A stretch of DNA of 64,000 nt. Origin: Octopus sinensis (taxonomy: Eukaryota). The DNA is taken from positions 143,468,001-143,532,000 of the forward strand of contig NC_042999.1 of the NCBI RefSeq assembly GCF_006345805.1. Direction: 5' to 3'. The notes under the pieces are model-generated. The model was not told where the DNA came from and searched no databases. It saw only the letters and a list, made by a program, of their open reading frames with translations. Below are positions 44,331 through 58,595 of this stretch, piece by piece; the first letter of the stretch is position 1; every line of letters begins with the position of its first letter. The translations under genes were made by a program, and so were the position numbers.

Positions 44331-47074
44331 TTGGTTCGAGGCAGTCATTTTATTGATTCCGATGGAATGATAACAAAATCGATGTGGCCGGACTTTAAAT
44401 ATGAGAAATGAAACCAAACGGCGCATTCTGCTATTTCTGAAAAGCTTGCAGTTCTCAATAAACCATCTTTTTGTTCGTTTATCTTTTACACTAACTTATT
44501 AATGTACCTCGCTTATAAAACAAGAAATAAAAAAAAGCATTTCAGCAATCAATGATTTAAGCTTATAATAGATCTAACTTAACATACAACAGATCTACGA
44601 TTTGTTCAGTGGAGGGTAACTCCCAAGTACCACAACTATCCCTAACACTATTAGATCTAAAATGTAATATATAATATAAATAGACGAGTACACATAATTC
44701 TAGACAGTTCTCCATGCACACCACTAACGGCTTCTTTAACAAATGTAAACCCCGCCCTTTTTCAATATAATGTACGTCATAGAGGAACAGAGAATCGACT
44801 TAAATGTCATAGCTGTTAAGGTGTTTTATTGATGTTAAGTGGACGTTGTTTGGAGAATTTGACATCCTTCACGATTTAAAGTTTATTTCCTGCTTATGGT
44901 CCGCTTTTTTGTTTGTTACTTAGATTGCTTAGATCACTAGAATAGTTACAGTGTCAGGTAAAATATCTTGTGCGCAGAAAGAAGTTGGCTTCAGCTCTAT
45001 TTCTGTGCTGATGATTAATATTCAACCCCACCTTATATTTCCGAATTAGCTTTCTATTTATTTAGAATATTCGCTATGATACCGGGCATGTCTTCCCCAT
45101 AAGGATTTCTATATGTTCTAGCGGAGGCGAGAAAAAGCATCTCCGACAATTACTCTAAGCAGTTAAAATTCTGTAATTCATTTGTCGAAATTTTTCCAAA
45201 GCTAGTTTAAGATCTAGATGTCACGTAACTTTCTTAACCATTCGGCTGATTTTCACCATCTAAGACATTAAGATAAATCTGAAATTCAAAGGAAACGCTA
45301 TGTTCAGCTTCTGTTGTGACCGATTGAAATACATGCACACTTTTCAAATCTGTGTTTCAAATCTGGCAACAGTTTGAGAGGCAGTGATAAAACGAAAACA
45401 CAAGGTTGGAATACGGTGAGCTCCTTACAAGTTAGGATATAAAACAAATTGATAAAGAAAATAGCTGCAAATAGTTAGTGGTTTTGGAAGTTGACAGTAT
45501 AAAAACACAAAAAAATTAAAAGCTAAAAAAAAACATTAAAATCCCACTTGAACAGTAAAAAGATTATCACCGTTTAACTCACGTACTCTCTCATTCATCC
45601 CTCAGGGATTAACAGTTTTACAATCCCTATCTTACATTATAATTTGGAGTAATTCAGTGATACCAATAAAACGGGTTGTAAAACAAGAAAACCACTCTTG
45701 AAATTGACCATACAAAAGTAGATGTCAACTGGTTTTATTTCTCCCAGTTATGAAGGAATGAAAGAATGTATTCAAATATAAAACGATTTAACACTTCACT
45801 AAATTGAGCTAGATTATATTTACAGGCTTATAGAGAAGAACTGATCAAAGATTACCAGGAACAGAAGCACACTACAAGCAGTTTCTCTTCTAGTTATGCT
45901 AGGACATTGCAAATGGGGAAGAAAACACTTATGGGGTTAGTATCTCATCCGTCATTCCAATACTAGTGACTACCAAGCCTATTGTCTATAAAAAGAATTT
46001 TGCTTTAAAGAACCAATAAACAACATACACAAAACTCCAGGACTTACAAATATGCAAAAAAAAAATAGAGCATGGCTAATCACTGCCCACATATTACACA
46101 GGGAACTTTCTATATAGTATAAAATACAATACTGAAATATAATATTACACATACCGAATACCCACAGAACTCACCTCGGTAGTATAGTCAAATTGAACAA
46201 TAAACATATGACCACTGAAAAAAAAAAACAAGTTAATGATTTTTTTTATTGTCCACAATGGTTTCACACATAACTAGAAAATGATAATGAACGTAACGGA
46301 CTGTATTTATTAAGACTGAAGAGTTGCAAAAATGTAACAGTATCAAAGACAGAGTAAACTATTATAAAAGAAAAAAAATAAACGCATTTTTGAAGTGTTC
46401 TGAACCTCCATCAATGGAATACCAAGAGACTACAAGACCCTAAACACAGTGGTTTCTGGACACTTAGTCACCCCAGCTACAACTTCTGGGCAAATTTAAA
46501 TGAAAGTTCCTCTCACAAGTCATATTTATTTTATTTTACCTAAACTGGATTTTCATCAAATTTACTTGAGCGTAGAACCTTCTTCTTCGCCCTAACTTTC
46601 CACTTTAAGTAAAAATTCTTGATGATGAGACTGGTAAGCTAGAGCCGTACCCTCAACATTTCAAGCACATCTACCATAAACCTCTTTTGCTTAAGCAATC
46701 AGCCTGCGTAAATTGGAAGAAAACTACCTGCCTCAACTTGCCAGCAGAGAGAGATGGTGCAATATCTACATCGACCTGAGCTGACGGCGTGTTCAGTTCT
46801 ACCTGCGCTAATAGTTTTTAATACAGCTCCACAGATCAACCATCGAATTTCGGCTTCATAGTTCTCCGCACGTCTCGAACAGACCCAACTGATGATACTT
46901 CTCTGACTGAAGAGCTTGCCCCAAACCGGTAGCATTACGTAGTAGTAATTTGAAAAGCCTCCAGAAATCCTTGATAGACAATTCATTTCTAGAAGATTTT
47001 CAAAGTACTTGAGCTAATAGTTTTAGCCGACGTCTACTGACGGATTTCCTGATTGGTGGTAATGATGATGATGG

Positions 47075-47275
47075 TTTCAAATTTTGGCACAAGGCTCGCA
47101 ATTTCGGAGTAGGGGGAAAGTCGATTAAATTCACCCCAGGACTCAACTGGTACTTATTTTATAGACTCTAAAAGGAGGAAAGGTAAAGTCAACCTCGGCG
47201 GAATTTGAACTCAGAACGTAAAGACGGACGAAATGCCGCTAAACATTTTGACCGATGTGCTAACGATTCTCCGTT
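47075..47275 (-). mobile_element. SINE family A
   Basis: ggcacaaggctcgc ... cggcggaatttgaactcagaacg. Confidence 0.85.
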
Positions 47276-47334
47276 CAGCCATTTTCCAGTAATTTTGCAA
47301 ACACACAGACAAACAGACTAAGACGAGTGATTTC

Positions 47335-48110
47335 TGTACCCTGTTTTCGCTTACGCGCGTGCGGAGAAATGATAATAATAATGGAATGCAATGATTCAGT
47401 GCGATCACCTGATCAGACATCGGAAACCGGACATTGTTGTGGTGAATAAAAAAAGAAAGAACATATAGGATAATCGACAGAGCATGTTCCGGTGGGAACA
47501 GGATCAAAGAGAAAGAAGAAAAAATAAATAACTATGACGATTTGAAGTGAGAAATACGTAGGTTGTGGTCAATGAGGAGAGTAGACATGATACCAATAGT
47601 AATTGGCGCACTTGGAAGTATCAGCACTCAGCTACCAATATGCTTTAAAAGATTGGTGCAAATGTAGAGGGAAGAGGTAAGGGAAAACTAAACAACTTGC
47701 TATTTATGGACGACCTGAAGTGATTCACAAAAACTAAGGCAGAAATTGGACAGCCTAGTCCAGTCTGTTCGGATTTTCTCCAATGATATTAAGATGGAGT
47801 TTGGACTCTCAAAATGTGCTACGATCGTAACGAGGCGAGGAAAGCTTGCCAGGACAGAAGGCATATGGTTGCCAAGTGGAGAAATGATGAAGGCAATTCA
47901 ACCTCAATCCAGCTATAAATTTTACCTTGGAATACTTGAGGCAGATGGAATCAAACACCACAGCATAAAGAAAAAGACAAAAAGAGAGCGCCTGCAGCGA
48001 GTGAGAAAAATACCGGCTTCAAAGCTGAATGTCAGAAACATAATTTCGGCAATAAACTCGTGCGGCGCTGGAATCTTGAAGTGGACGGAGAAGCTAAAGG
48101 AGATGCCCGG
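47335..48110 (+). mobile_element. RLE-type LINE fragments: endonuclease (47335-47670) followed by RT (47680-48110)
   Basis: HRKPDIVVVNKK...IPIVIGALG, then LLFMDDLK...MEFGLSKCA. Confidence 0.85.
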
Positions 48111-48899
48111 TAATGAAAGTGTATATCTTTGGGCTTTTCTATCTTGTTCACCGTAGAACCTCTTTTTGCCATGGCCACTAAACGGAGGAAAATTGCCTGC
48201 CTTTCCCTACCCCAGGAAGGAGACAAAGCGATCTTAGCGATGGACTCACAAACGTATTTAACAATCAACGGCTTCGCTTATCACCGTCCAGGTGTGTCTA
48301 CAGATGTCGCAGTCTCGGCTCCTGTCTGTGCGTCATCAGCCACGGCATACCGAACACTCTGCACAGTAGGTGTTAGCAGCAGATAGACTTTCTGTCTAGT
48401 TGGACGCGTCCTTTTCACATGAAGCACAAAAGAAGAGTAAAACTAGGGTAAGGCACAACGGCAGGCGGTAATGAATGACAAAATAACAAAAACGATGGCT
48501 TGATGTTAAATTAAGGGCCCAGGATGGAATAACTAGATAACGAGATAAGGAAAATAAAATTAAGTAAAATTACGAATCATTTAGAAAGTGGTGCATTTAA
48601 GACACCCAAACAAACATTTATTTTGTGCCTTCTTTGTGTTGGATATGGACAATATTTACTGGTTATAATAACAACTAGCAAAATGTGACTGCGACAAGCA
48701 AAAGAAGCAACAAAAGAAAAACTGTTTTCTACTGCTAGCGTAAATCGAAATAAAATAAAACAACAGAAGAACGGTGAGCCAAAAGGACAGTGGTCTAGAA
48801 ATATTACATACATCATATTACTCATACTATACTTAAACATGCTAGCGCGGTATATGAGACGCGTGAGATCTGGAGAAGAAAGGACGATGAAGGATAACG

Positions 48900-49468
48900 T
48901 AAAAACTATCATAACGAATGTTTGTGAGTTTATAATAAACAATGAAAATATATCAGAAATAGTGTCAAAGAATAGAATTGATAATAACGAAAGAAAATTA
49001 ACGTGGTCAAATAATTAAAGTATTTAGCGAGTATACATAAAATTATAGCAACAATCAATGAATTACTAGAATTAATATTTTACTTGTGTACTGTAAACCA
49101 GCGAGAAACAATATTAACTCCGAAAAGCCAACAAGAGAAAACAAAGAAACTCTCAAAATACTACAAACCAATAACCTGTTTACTGACAGTATATATATGT
49201 TTTTTTCTTTGTAAAAAAAAAAAGGTTCGTTCCATGCTTGTTTTTACGTTTTCGTTCTCGTTGAGTTCTGCGTCTATTTGTGGTGTCCTGTACTCACGTA
49301 TATATATTTATATATGCATGTATATTTACATGTAGATGTAGGTACGTACATATATGTATGTATGTATGCATATATTTTATTTATTACACTATTGTATGAC
49401 TGAGCGCCTTCGCGTCGATTCGATTCGATTCGTTCCGTTTCGTTTCGTTTCTTCTTCTTCTCCCAGTA

Positions 49469-49519
<51 letters not shown>

Positions 49520-50660
49520 CTTGTCATATCTTCTCCCTTACAAGCTGGTTATTTAACTGCAACTCATATCTTATCAGAAGAGCAAAAAAAGTATGGAAGC
49601 GTGTGTATGGATATAAATCGCTGATATTGGTAAACTGAGTAGTAAACTGAAAAGAGCAGAAATGGAAACAAAAATGAAATAAAAATCTAAGCCGACCATA
49701 GATTGATTACCGAAAAGGTTTCAACATTCTCCTACCCTAGATATTGGAGACGGCACGTAAATAAATTAGCTCCAGTATTAGATAGTGTATCATGTCAAGA
49801 TGGATAATATCATTAACACTAAAAGATAAAGAGACAATAATACAAAGCAGCTCTATTACGATACTCTGATTGTGCAGTGAAATAGAACAATAGCACCAAT
49901 GACAAGATGATGGAAAAAGAGTAAACAAATGGAAAATGAAATCACCGTATGGACAATACCTCAGAGAAATCGAAAGAAAAGACAAAATTAACACTTGGAA
50001 ATAGCAAAGAAGTGATTTGAAAGGATGCACTGAGGCACTGATATGCAACACCCAGGAATACGTTCTGAGAATTAATTATACCAAGTTCCAAATAGATAAG
50101 AGTAGCGAATCGCCCTTTTGTAGGATGTGTGGCAGCAGAAACGAAACAATCTCACATATTGTGAATGAGTATAGCAAGCTGGCTCAAAGCACTACAAAAG
50201 AAGGTGCGATAACGTAGCTAAGTTTGTTCCCTGGAGGCTATGTGAAAAGTACGGCCTGAACAGAACACGGAAATGGTACGACCGTAACCCAGAAGGAATC
50301 GCGAGGACAAGGAACATAATATACTGTGGAATTTTGCAATCCATTGTGACTCCCTTATCGATGCTCCGAGACCAGATATTGTAATAATAAAGAAAAAAGG
50401 AAACCAATATTATAGATATTGTAATACCAGGGGATGCACGCATAAATGACAAAGAACTTGAAAAGTACAGACTACTAAAAGACAAAATTGCAAGAATGTG
50501 GACAATGAGGATAGAGTCTGTCATTCCAGTAGTTGTAGAGATATTCGGAGCACTAACAACCAAGTTCGAGAAATATGTTAGAGAAATCGTAATTGACATG
50601 AGAGCAGAGCAAGCCAACAAACTGCTCTGCTGGGGACAGCTTGGATTTTGAGATTGGCTC
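48900..50660 (+). mobile_element. Decayed RLE-type LINE (RT N-terminal piece, CCHC knuckle, endonuclease)
   Basis: YKPITCL, CRMCGSRNETISHI, RPDI, IDIVIPGD, VIPVVV; interrupted by microsatellites. Confidence 0.8.
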
Positions 50661-50699
50661 TTGGATGTTGAATGTCTCCTACGACAATCAACAACCATA

Positions 50700-51140
50700 T
50701 ATGAAAGCTTATAATGCCCAGCCCTCCACTCAACGGCTGTTAACTGCAGATGGGCCGTCTAACGAGCGGAACACGTCCCTTACACTGGAAGCAGAACAAG
50801 CGCTCCAGTTTGATCAACCACAAAGCAGGGCATGGGACGACGGTTAGACGATAGTAGATGATGGAAACGATGTGCACATTCGGGCCATCCGCCTGACTTC
50901 TTCCGCTCTGCCCATTTCTATGTGAGATTGGCTACCTTGCACGTTACCTCTCCCGCCAGTTCTTGTCCACCTGGAGGTCCAGACCAAACCAAATCCCGAT
51001 CAATTAAACCGGTCCTTTCGTCCGTTGCCCTACAACGTTGTCGGTTGACATGGACCTGCCTCTCCAGGTGCCGAGTTTCGGGCCTATCGACGGTGCTCGA
51101 AAAATAAGGGGTGTTACCTTAGTTCGCTAGTAGTGAACAG
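50700..51140 (-). mobile_element. Tx1/L1-like LINE fragment (post-RT region)
   Basis: NVHIVSIIYYRLTVVPCP..LERLF...PLVRRPIC...GGLG. Confidence 0.6.
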
Positions 51141-51240
51141 CTGGCACCTTAGTACATCTCCAGCGATAGAAGCTGTGCAAAGACAATAAATAATAATAAT
51201 AATAATAATAATAATATAATAATAATAATAATAATAAGAA

Positions 51241-51271
<31 letters not shown>

Positions 51272-51319
51272 AAGAAGAAGAAGAAGAAGAAGAAGAAGAA
51301 GAAGAAGAAGAAGAAGAAG

Positions 51320-52300
51320 ATGCAGCTTTGCTGATACCCGGGAATCTAAAACTTGGCCCAGATATAACTTCAAGGTCAACAATGGCCTGACATGGACCGA
51401 GTGCGTGCAAAATGGTTTCGTCACTCTGTGCACGTCTCGGTCATTTCCTTCTGGCTGCATTTCCTATCGAGTTTAGCTCGAACCGATAATGTCCCTTAAT
51501 AACAATACCAAGCAAAGGATTTCTGGAAGCTAAGAATTTCCAGTTGCTCTTTCCCACCACTAGTCCTCTGTATATTACAAATTTAGAACTAAATCGACTA
51601 CAATGTCCAACTGGTTGAGGCAGTAAAGCCGAATGGCGTTTCAAATAAAATTGCCCTGTCTTGGTCTTTTTTGACTGAAGATTGCAGCTCGTTTGTGCAG
51701 GAAAGAGATTGCTTGTGGAAAGAGGTGCATTACAAAGGAAGGCAACACCGGCTGATTATCCAAGAATCATGGTAGGTGGCGCAACCTGAGAAAGTGTCTG
51801 CGCATTAACAATCATTTCAAGGAATGTTGATAGAAGATAGGCCGCTTAACCACTGTAACGTATGTCTTCCAATGCAAATAGAACGGATCCTCCAATCTTT
51901 CCAGGCGGGATCAGGGGAAAGGCCTGACATTTAGGCACTATATTACGAAGGAGGCAGTATAGTCTTTCACCACCTCAGCCAAATTTGTCAGGGATAGTTC
52001 CCTTTCGGTCCGTTTTGGGTTAGGCTTGTCAGCCTTTTCGTAACCTCGCTCCAGTCCACACCCACTTGGTATTCCAGGCCAAACCAAGCTCTGGGAAGTT
52101 TAATCAGTCTGTCTATCCCGCACCCCATGTCACTCTCCTATTAGGATTTGTCTCCTTGGGTGTGGATCTGAAAGCCGGACGACGTGCCCTGATTAAATTT
52201 TCTCTTGTTATCTCCTTGTATTTCTTTAGAATACTACCGACTAACTCCATGGTATCCAATATCATTACTGTGACGTCGTGGCATTCATCGCCACAGCTCT
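51320..52300 (-). mobile_element. Tx1/L1-like LINE fragment (C-terminal zinc-finger region)
   Basis: QKSFAWYCY.GTLSVRAKL...CTECDETILHALGPC. Confidence 0.6.
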
Positions 52301-52480
52301 CTCATGACTGAAAGAGATGTCCCTCGATTAAAGAGATACAGTACGTAAAGAAGAGTTAGTAAAAGGATACTCCTAGAAGATTAAGGATGCAATATGAAAC
52401 GCCTCTGTGATGTGAAAATTCACTCTGACAAACGAAGATTATTGCTGGTGTAAAGACGATGTCAGCTCCCAAGTCCACTT

Positions 52481-52684
52481 CTATTATAGGCACAAGGTAT
52501 GAAATCGTTTTGGCAGGAGTGAGGAGGGTGCTAATCGATTACATTGATTCCAGTGCTCGACTGATACTTATTTTTTTGAACCCGAAAGGATAAAAGACAA
52601 AGTTGACCTCGGCGGCACTTGAACTCAGAGGGTAAAGCTGGAAGAAATGCCAGTGCAGTTACAATTCTGAGAGCTCGTCGCCTT
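52481..52684 (-). mobile_element. SINE family A
   Basis: ggcacaagg ... gacctcggcggcacttgaactcaga ... gagctcgtcgcctt. Confidence 0.8.
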
Positions 52685-53363
52685 AACTGTTACTATGATA
52701 ATAGATGACTTTGTAATAAATAAACTACATGCAAACACGTACCTAAAACCACAGGATTTAGGTATACGCTCCATATACTGAAAATAATACAACTAGTCAC
52801 TGCATGTTTAATAACAGACTACTTTCAATACAATATTGCAAATACAGCATTTACGAAAGGCATACACAAGTGCACTCAATATTGTAGTGAAGGCACACAA
52901 TAATATATTCAACATCAAGTTATATGTACAAAGCACACATTTCTTCTCGTAAATAAAGTGCCTTTATGGCACCTCCAAGCTAGGTAGCTGAAAGCAATTA
53001 CTCTCTTACCTTCTTTTCCCTCGGGCCACAAGTAAGTATTTGTATAAAACCCGCCAATGAAGGAATAATAACAACACCACCACTGCCAACAACAACAAGA
53101 GGGGGGGTGGATTAGGCAGAGGAGGAGAAGAAGGGCGAGATAGAGAATAGATACCTTATTTAAATGAGGTTAAGATAGCAGTATGCACATTTACAGTACT
53201 TTCTAAAATGCGTTCTCTCCCGACTTTACCTAGAATAAATTTTTAAAATATTTGTAAATGAAAGTTAAGCACCATTTCAGTTCTCTAAGTTTCTTACAAA
53301 AGTTTCTAGACGTAACATCAGTGTCTGAAAATATAAGTTTAGTGATTAGTATAAACGTCAAAT

Positions 53364-53741
53364 ATTCTTTTCTACTCTAGGCACAAGGCACGAAATTCTT
53401 TTGTGGGGAGGGGCCAATCGATTAGATCGACCCCACTACACAACTGGCACTTAATTTAGAGATCCCCCAAAATTGAGAGGCAAAGTCGACCTCGACGGAA
53501 TTTGAACACAGAACGTAAATACAGACGAAATACCTGTTTCTTTACTACCCACAAGGAGCTAAACACAGAGAGGACAAACAAGGACAGACAAACGGATTAA
53601 GTCGATTATATCGACCCCAGTGCGTAACTGGTATTTAATTTATCGACCCCAAAAGGATGAAAGGCAAAGTCGACCTCGGCGGAATTTGAACTCAGAACGT
53701 AGCGGCAGACGAAAGCATTTCGCCCGGCGTGCTAACGTTTC
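53364..53741 (-). mobile_element. SINE family A, two-unit array
   Basis: Same unit order and junction as 5321-5721. Confidence 0.9.
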
Positions 53742-54004
53742 TTAATTTTTTATTATCCATAAGGGCATACATAAAACGAGCTGCACAATGAAATCGAATG
53801 ATTTTACATGAAATGCGATTGGGGTCCTTTTAAAATTTCTAAATACATTATATATAATACGGATGATGATAGGACGCAATAAAACATAACAGATGGAGTG
53901 AAGGCGAGATTATAACGGACCCCACAAACCCCGCCTTACCACTGACCTGGGTTTTTAAACCATATCGCCTGGCGTGCTAACGTTTTTGCCAGCTCGTCGC
54001 CTGA

Positions 54005-54960
54005 TAAACGTCAAATATTGTAAGAATCTTTCAAAGAGTGATACAAATATGCAATTTGGCACAATTCTGATTAAAAATATGCTCTTTATGAGAGGCATGA
54101 TTACCAATGGCAGCCAAAATCCAATATGGCGTTCAACATTAAAAATTAATAGTTACGATGAACAAGAAATAAGTTTTATTATAATAAACGTTATTTATTA
54201 TGCAATATTTTACACAAATAGCCTTATATTTACTGTTTGAAGGATTTTTCTATCTTCTTCACTAATTCAGGTTATACATATCAGGTGGAGCTACATATCA
54301 GGTGGGGCATATATGGAGCCAAGCTCTCCAGATCTGCCATCACCTATCACCTGGGGATGGAAAAATAATAACGATGGCACATCCACTATTCACTGGAATG
54401 AACTAAGAGCCATAACAGAACAATTCCAAGCACTTAAAAAGTACTCATGCAAAACTGAGGTTGCAAAACGTTGCACATGCAAGAAGTCAGCCCTTCTTTG
54501 TATTTCCTTTTATGCGTGTCCATGCATTTGATTGATGATGAAACCTGCATAATCTGAATTAGTGAAGAAGACAGTAGGAAAATCTTTCAAAAGATAAATA
54601 TAAGGCAGTTTGTGCAAAATATTGCATAATAAATAGCGTATATTATAATAAAAATTATTTCCTGTTCACCGCAAATATTAATTTTTAATGTTGGACACCT
54701 TATTGGATTTTTGCCTGCATTTTCAATTTTCACCTATCTTAAAGAGCTTGTTTTAAACTATGTGTGTCAGACTGCATATTTGTATCACATTTTGAAAGAT
54801 TTTTCTATCTTTTTCACTATAATGTTGGACGCTTGAATTTTGGTCACCATTTTTGATTTGCATGTTGGCAATCATACCTGTCTTAAAGAGCATGTTTTAA
54901 CCTATAGGTGTACCAAATTGCATATTTGTATCACCTTTTGAAGGATTTTTCTATCTCCTT
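54005..54960 (+). mobile_element. Academ-like DNA transposon relic: Cys-rich C-terminus between long inverted repeats
   Basis: ATYQ.GHIWSQAL..PSP..WGW...SCK...RCTCKK...C..C.C; 54020-54150 inverted against two tandem units at about 54677-54805 and 54822-54950. The superfamily name is from recall. Confidence 0.5.
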
Positions 54961-55409
54961 TACTAGTATGTCTCTTCCACCTTTTAATATTTTAGTGGCC
55001 TATTTTAATCCATCACCTGGTTTAACACTCCCATTTAGCACTTGAGAGCCTTTAGCATAATCCACTCTGTTTTACATTTTTAGGTTACGTCCCCGATTTA
55101 GAAATAACTTTTTCTTTCCTTCTCACTAGTTTTGGAGGTCCTAAATAATTTCATTGCCACTACCCTTTCTTATCTGATTAGCCATTAAATATAAATGCAA
55201 AACGTATTCAACGAAAGTGGAAAATGAATGAGTAAACTAAGAGATTCTAAGACAATCATGAAGAAGTCTTACCAATGGCATTTTCGTTTCAAAAGACTCA
55301 TGGGCTTCATTTTTGAATGTACATTGGATACCTATGTATGCGTGTGAGTAGCATGTATGTTTGTATTCGCTTGTAATCAACTCATGATACTTACGTAACA
55401 AGTTATGTA

Positions 55410-55642
55410 TATTTCTTTATTACCCACAAGGGGCTAAACATAGAGGAGACAAACAAGGACAGACAAAGGGATTATATCGATTACATCGACCCCAGTGCGT
55501 TATTGGTACTTAATTTATCGACCCCGAAAGGATGAAAGGCAAAGTCGACCTCGGCGGAATTTGAACTCACAACGTAACGGCAGACGAAATACCGCTAAGC
55601 ATTTCGCCCGACGTGCTAACGTTTCTGCCAGCTCGCCGCCTT
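55410..55642 (-). mobile_element. Full-length SINE family A monomer with 19-bp target-site duplication
   Basis: ttacgtaacaagttatgta at 55391-55409 and 55643-55661. Confidence 0.95.
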
Positions 55643-56211
55643 TTACGTAACAAGTTATGTAACCACTTGAAACTTATGTAATAAATACATTCAAAATATC
55701 AGTAACTGAATTGGTGACAATTTTAATAATAAATTACTCCTGTTAATAACAACCTAGCGTATCCCTGCTTGGATAATATGGTTATAACGTTGTACAGATA
55801 TAGGAAGTATCAAGGCATACTGCCAAGTATATGTGTTTGTGTGAGAGAGAAAGAGAGGATGAGAGGTAGTATACATGTATAGGGTGTGTGTAAAAAGTGT
55901 CCTAAGGATGTTCTCAGCAGGTTTATCTAAGTCATATAAATAGGAAAAAAACAAAAGTTTGTCTCCAAGAAATATAAAATAGTAGACAGAGGAGTTAGAG
56001 AGGGGAAAGAAAGGGAGAAAGGGAGAGAGAATCCTTTATGAAGAACTTCTGTCAGTGTATCTACAAACGCCATATGTATGTACAGTTTATAAGCAGAATA
56101 AATTGGTTTGTTAATTGCCGACACAGACCATAGCTAGTGTTCTCGGATCTGATTGTTTATTTTATCCAATGTAGAATACTTACTGACTATTTATGTATCG
56201 AGGTCGCCAAA

Positions 56212-56294
<83 letters not shown>

Positions 56295-57045
56295 ATTTCT
56301 GTCGTTCGTGCATGTTTACCTGTCTGTCATGATACTTGTATATCTGTGTCTGTGATAAATGTATTTATTTATCTATACGTATGTATTTGTGCATGTAAGT
56401 ATATATGTAATTATGTATGTAGGTATATATGTATTTATGGAAAACTGTAAACTCTGAGAAATTAGTTACGTACGTATTTGCTTCTATCTCACTATCCAGC
56501 TTACCACTTATCTGCATGACTGTCAGTTAATTAAACTTTCAACTTTTCCATCCATCTCACCCATCCATCCAACTTTTGATCCAGACATTCGATCACGCCT
56601 TCTTTCCATTACACTTTATCCTCGTCTTCTCCTAACTTAATTTTGAACCTCAGCCAGGACATTTTTTTCAAAATGTTTCTATCCTCTTCAGATCATCTTC
56701 TCCATTTTAAGATGCCCCTACACACCTTTCCATTTTCCCCATTTCCCGACAGCTCTCTCACCTTCAAATCAAACAAGTCTGGCTGTTTGTTTACGTTAGA
56801 AAAATAAATGCCACCTACACCGTAAGAAGGTCGTCAGCCATTTGTTCAATTTAGGTCAAGATAGAGGGAAAACATCGTTTCGGGAAACATTAACTTCAGG
56901 CTGAATGGAAAACAGAATTGTTGCGTTGCTTGATTAGCTAGAGTAACTTCAAACAACTATAGCTGGCAGTAGTATGAGTAGGAGAAGTAATTAGCATGAG
57001 CATGAGATTATATATATATATATAAATACATGCATACATACAGAC

Positions 57046-57104
<59 letters not shown>

Positions 57105-57107
<3 letters not shown>

Positions 57108-57232
57108 TTAAACTTAGAAAGGACCTAATAAGCACCTTAGGCTCGATGGGTCTCAAGATCACCATTGAGACTAATTTCACCACAGTAGATTTCTTAGATG
57201 TAACTTTAGATCTGGGCTCTGGTACATACGAT
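57105..57232 (+). mobile_element. PLE RT fragment related to the element at 58412-63920
   Basis: LRKDLISTLGSMGLKITIETNFTTVDFLDVTLDLGSGTY. Confidence 0.8.
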
Positions 57233-57239
57233 GTATTTC

Positions 57240-57752
57240 TTCTGTTTCTGAGCAAATGACGGGTGATGGATCTGTCATCACGAGGTGATGTAACCTTTTT
57301 TCTGCCTGTTCTTTGTATTGTCTACACATTTTTTGTCTCTTTGAAGTGCTTGAGAGTTATTTGCACCGCACATCGAGAACATTTCATCTTCTGAGCAATT
57401 TGCCTTTGAGATATTCCACCTTCATGATTTGACCTCGCTCATACACACTCAACTCCCTTGTTTTAAACATTGTACTGTTTATTAACTGTACCTACAATGT
57501 ATTTTAGCATAAAACTCTGAAATAATCAAGGAAACATAGGTTAATTTTGGACGTTGGTCTTATTCATAGTTGGTTGCATAAGTACAGTACAATATAAAAG
57601 CGATAATTGATGCTAAAGGAGGGTCAACTAGATATTAAAACTAATGCATATTGTGAAATATATCATAGTCTACCATGTGCACGAGCTTCATTGACATTGA
57701 GATAGCAGAACCCCAAAACATTGGGGTGGCCTAATACTTTCGACCAAGGCTG
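57240..57752 (-). mobile_element. Tc1-like element, 5' part
   Basis: TA-cagccttggtcgaaagtattaggccac end; MFKTRELSVYERGQI..GGISQRQIAQKMKCSRCAVQ HTH. Confidence 0.8.
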
Positions 57753-57759
57753 TATATAT

Positions 57760-58035
<276 letters not shown>

Positions 58036-58310
58036 ATAAATATTTTATATATAAAGAACGGGAAATACAGGAAGGGACAAACACGGAACACAGACAAATC
58101 ATTCGAAGCCTTCAATCTTCAGTCAGACACCGAATCATCATAGCAAATTTCGGCTGTTCAATTCTGATATTTGCTCCACTCGGCTGGCCCCAAGAAAAAA
58201 AACTAAGCTGTAAGTATTAGATTTCTTGGTAGAAGACAGGAATGTGAACGCACGAGACGGATGTAAATACGAGAGACGAAAACGAAATTGAAAACGGTAA
58301 CGGTTAAACA

Positions 58311-58343
<33 letters not shown>

Positions 58344-58373
58344 ACTATATATATATATATATATCTATATATA

Positions 58374-58415
<42 letters not shown>

Positions 58416-58595
58416 TACAAAATTAGAAAATGGAGAAACATACTTAAATCAATAAAACATCAACTATCAGATGATACCCAATCAATACTTTATTACACCA
58501 TTACATATCAGTAAAGGCATTATACAAAATATACAGTAAATGTAAATAGACAAAGAGATATAAGTATAAAATTTCAAATATAATATGTAATTAAA

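Noticed and set aside
46580-47020. GC-richer segment with a 95-aa ORF
   Set aside because: No motif I can assign; probably decayed TE sequence.
51660-51715. CUGAAGA-UUGCA...UGCAG-GAAA
   Set aside because: Antisense to LINE coding sequence; U-G closing pair, no stem I or III.
58085-58135. Minus-strand CUGAAGA...UUCGAAU motif
   Set aside because: GAAU instead of GAAA, 3-bp stem II at best, no stem I pairing.
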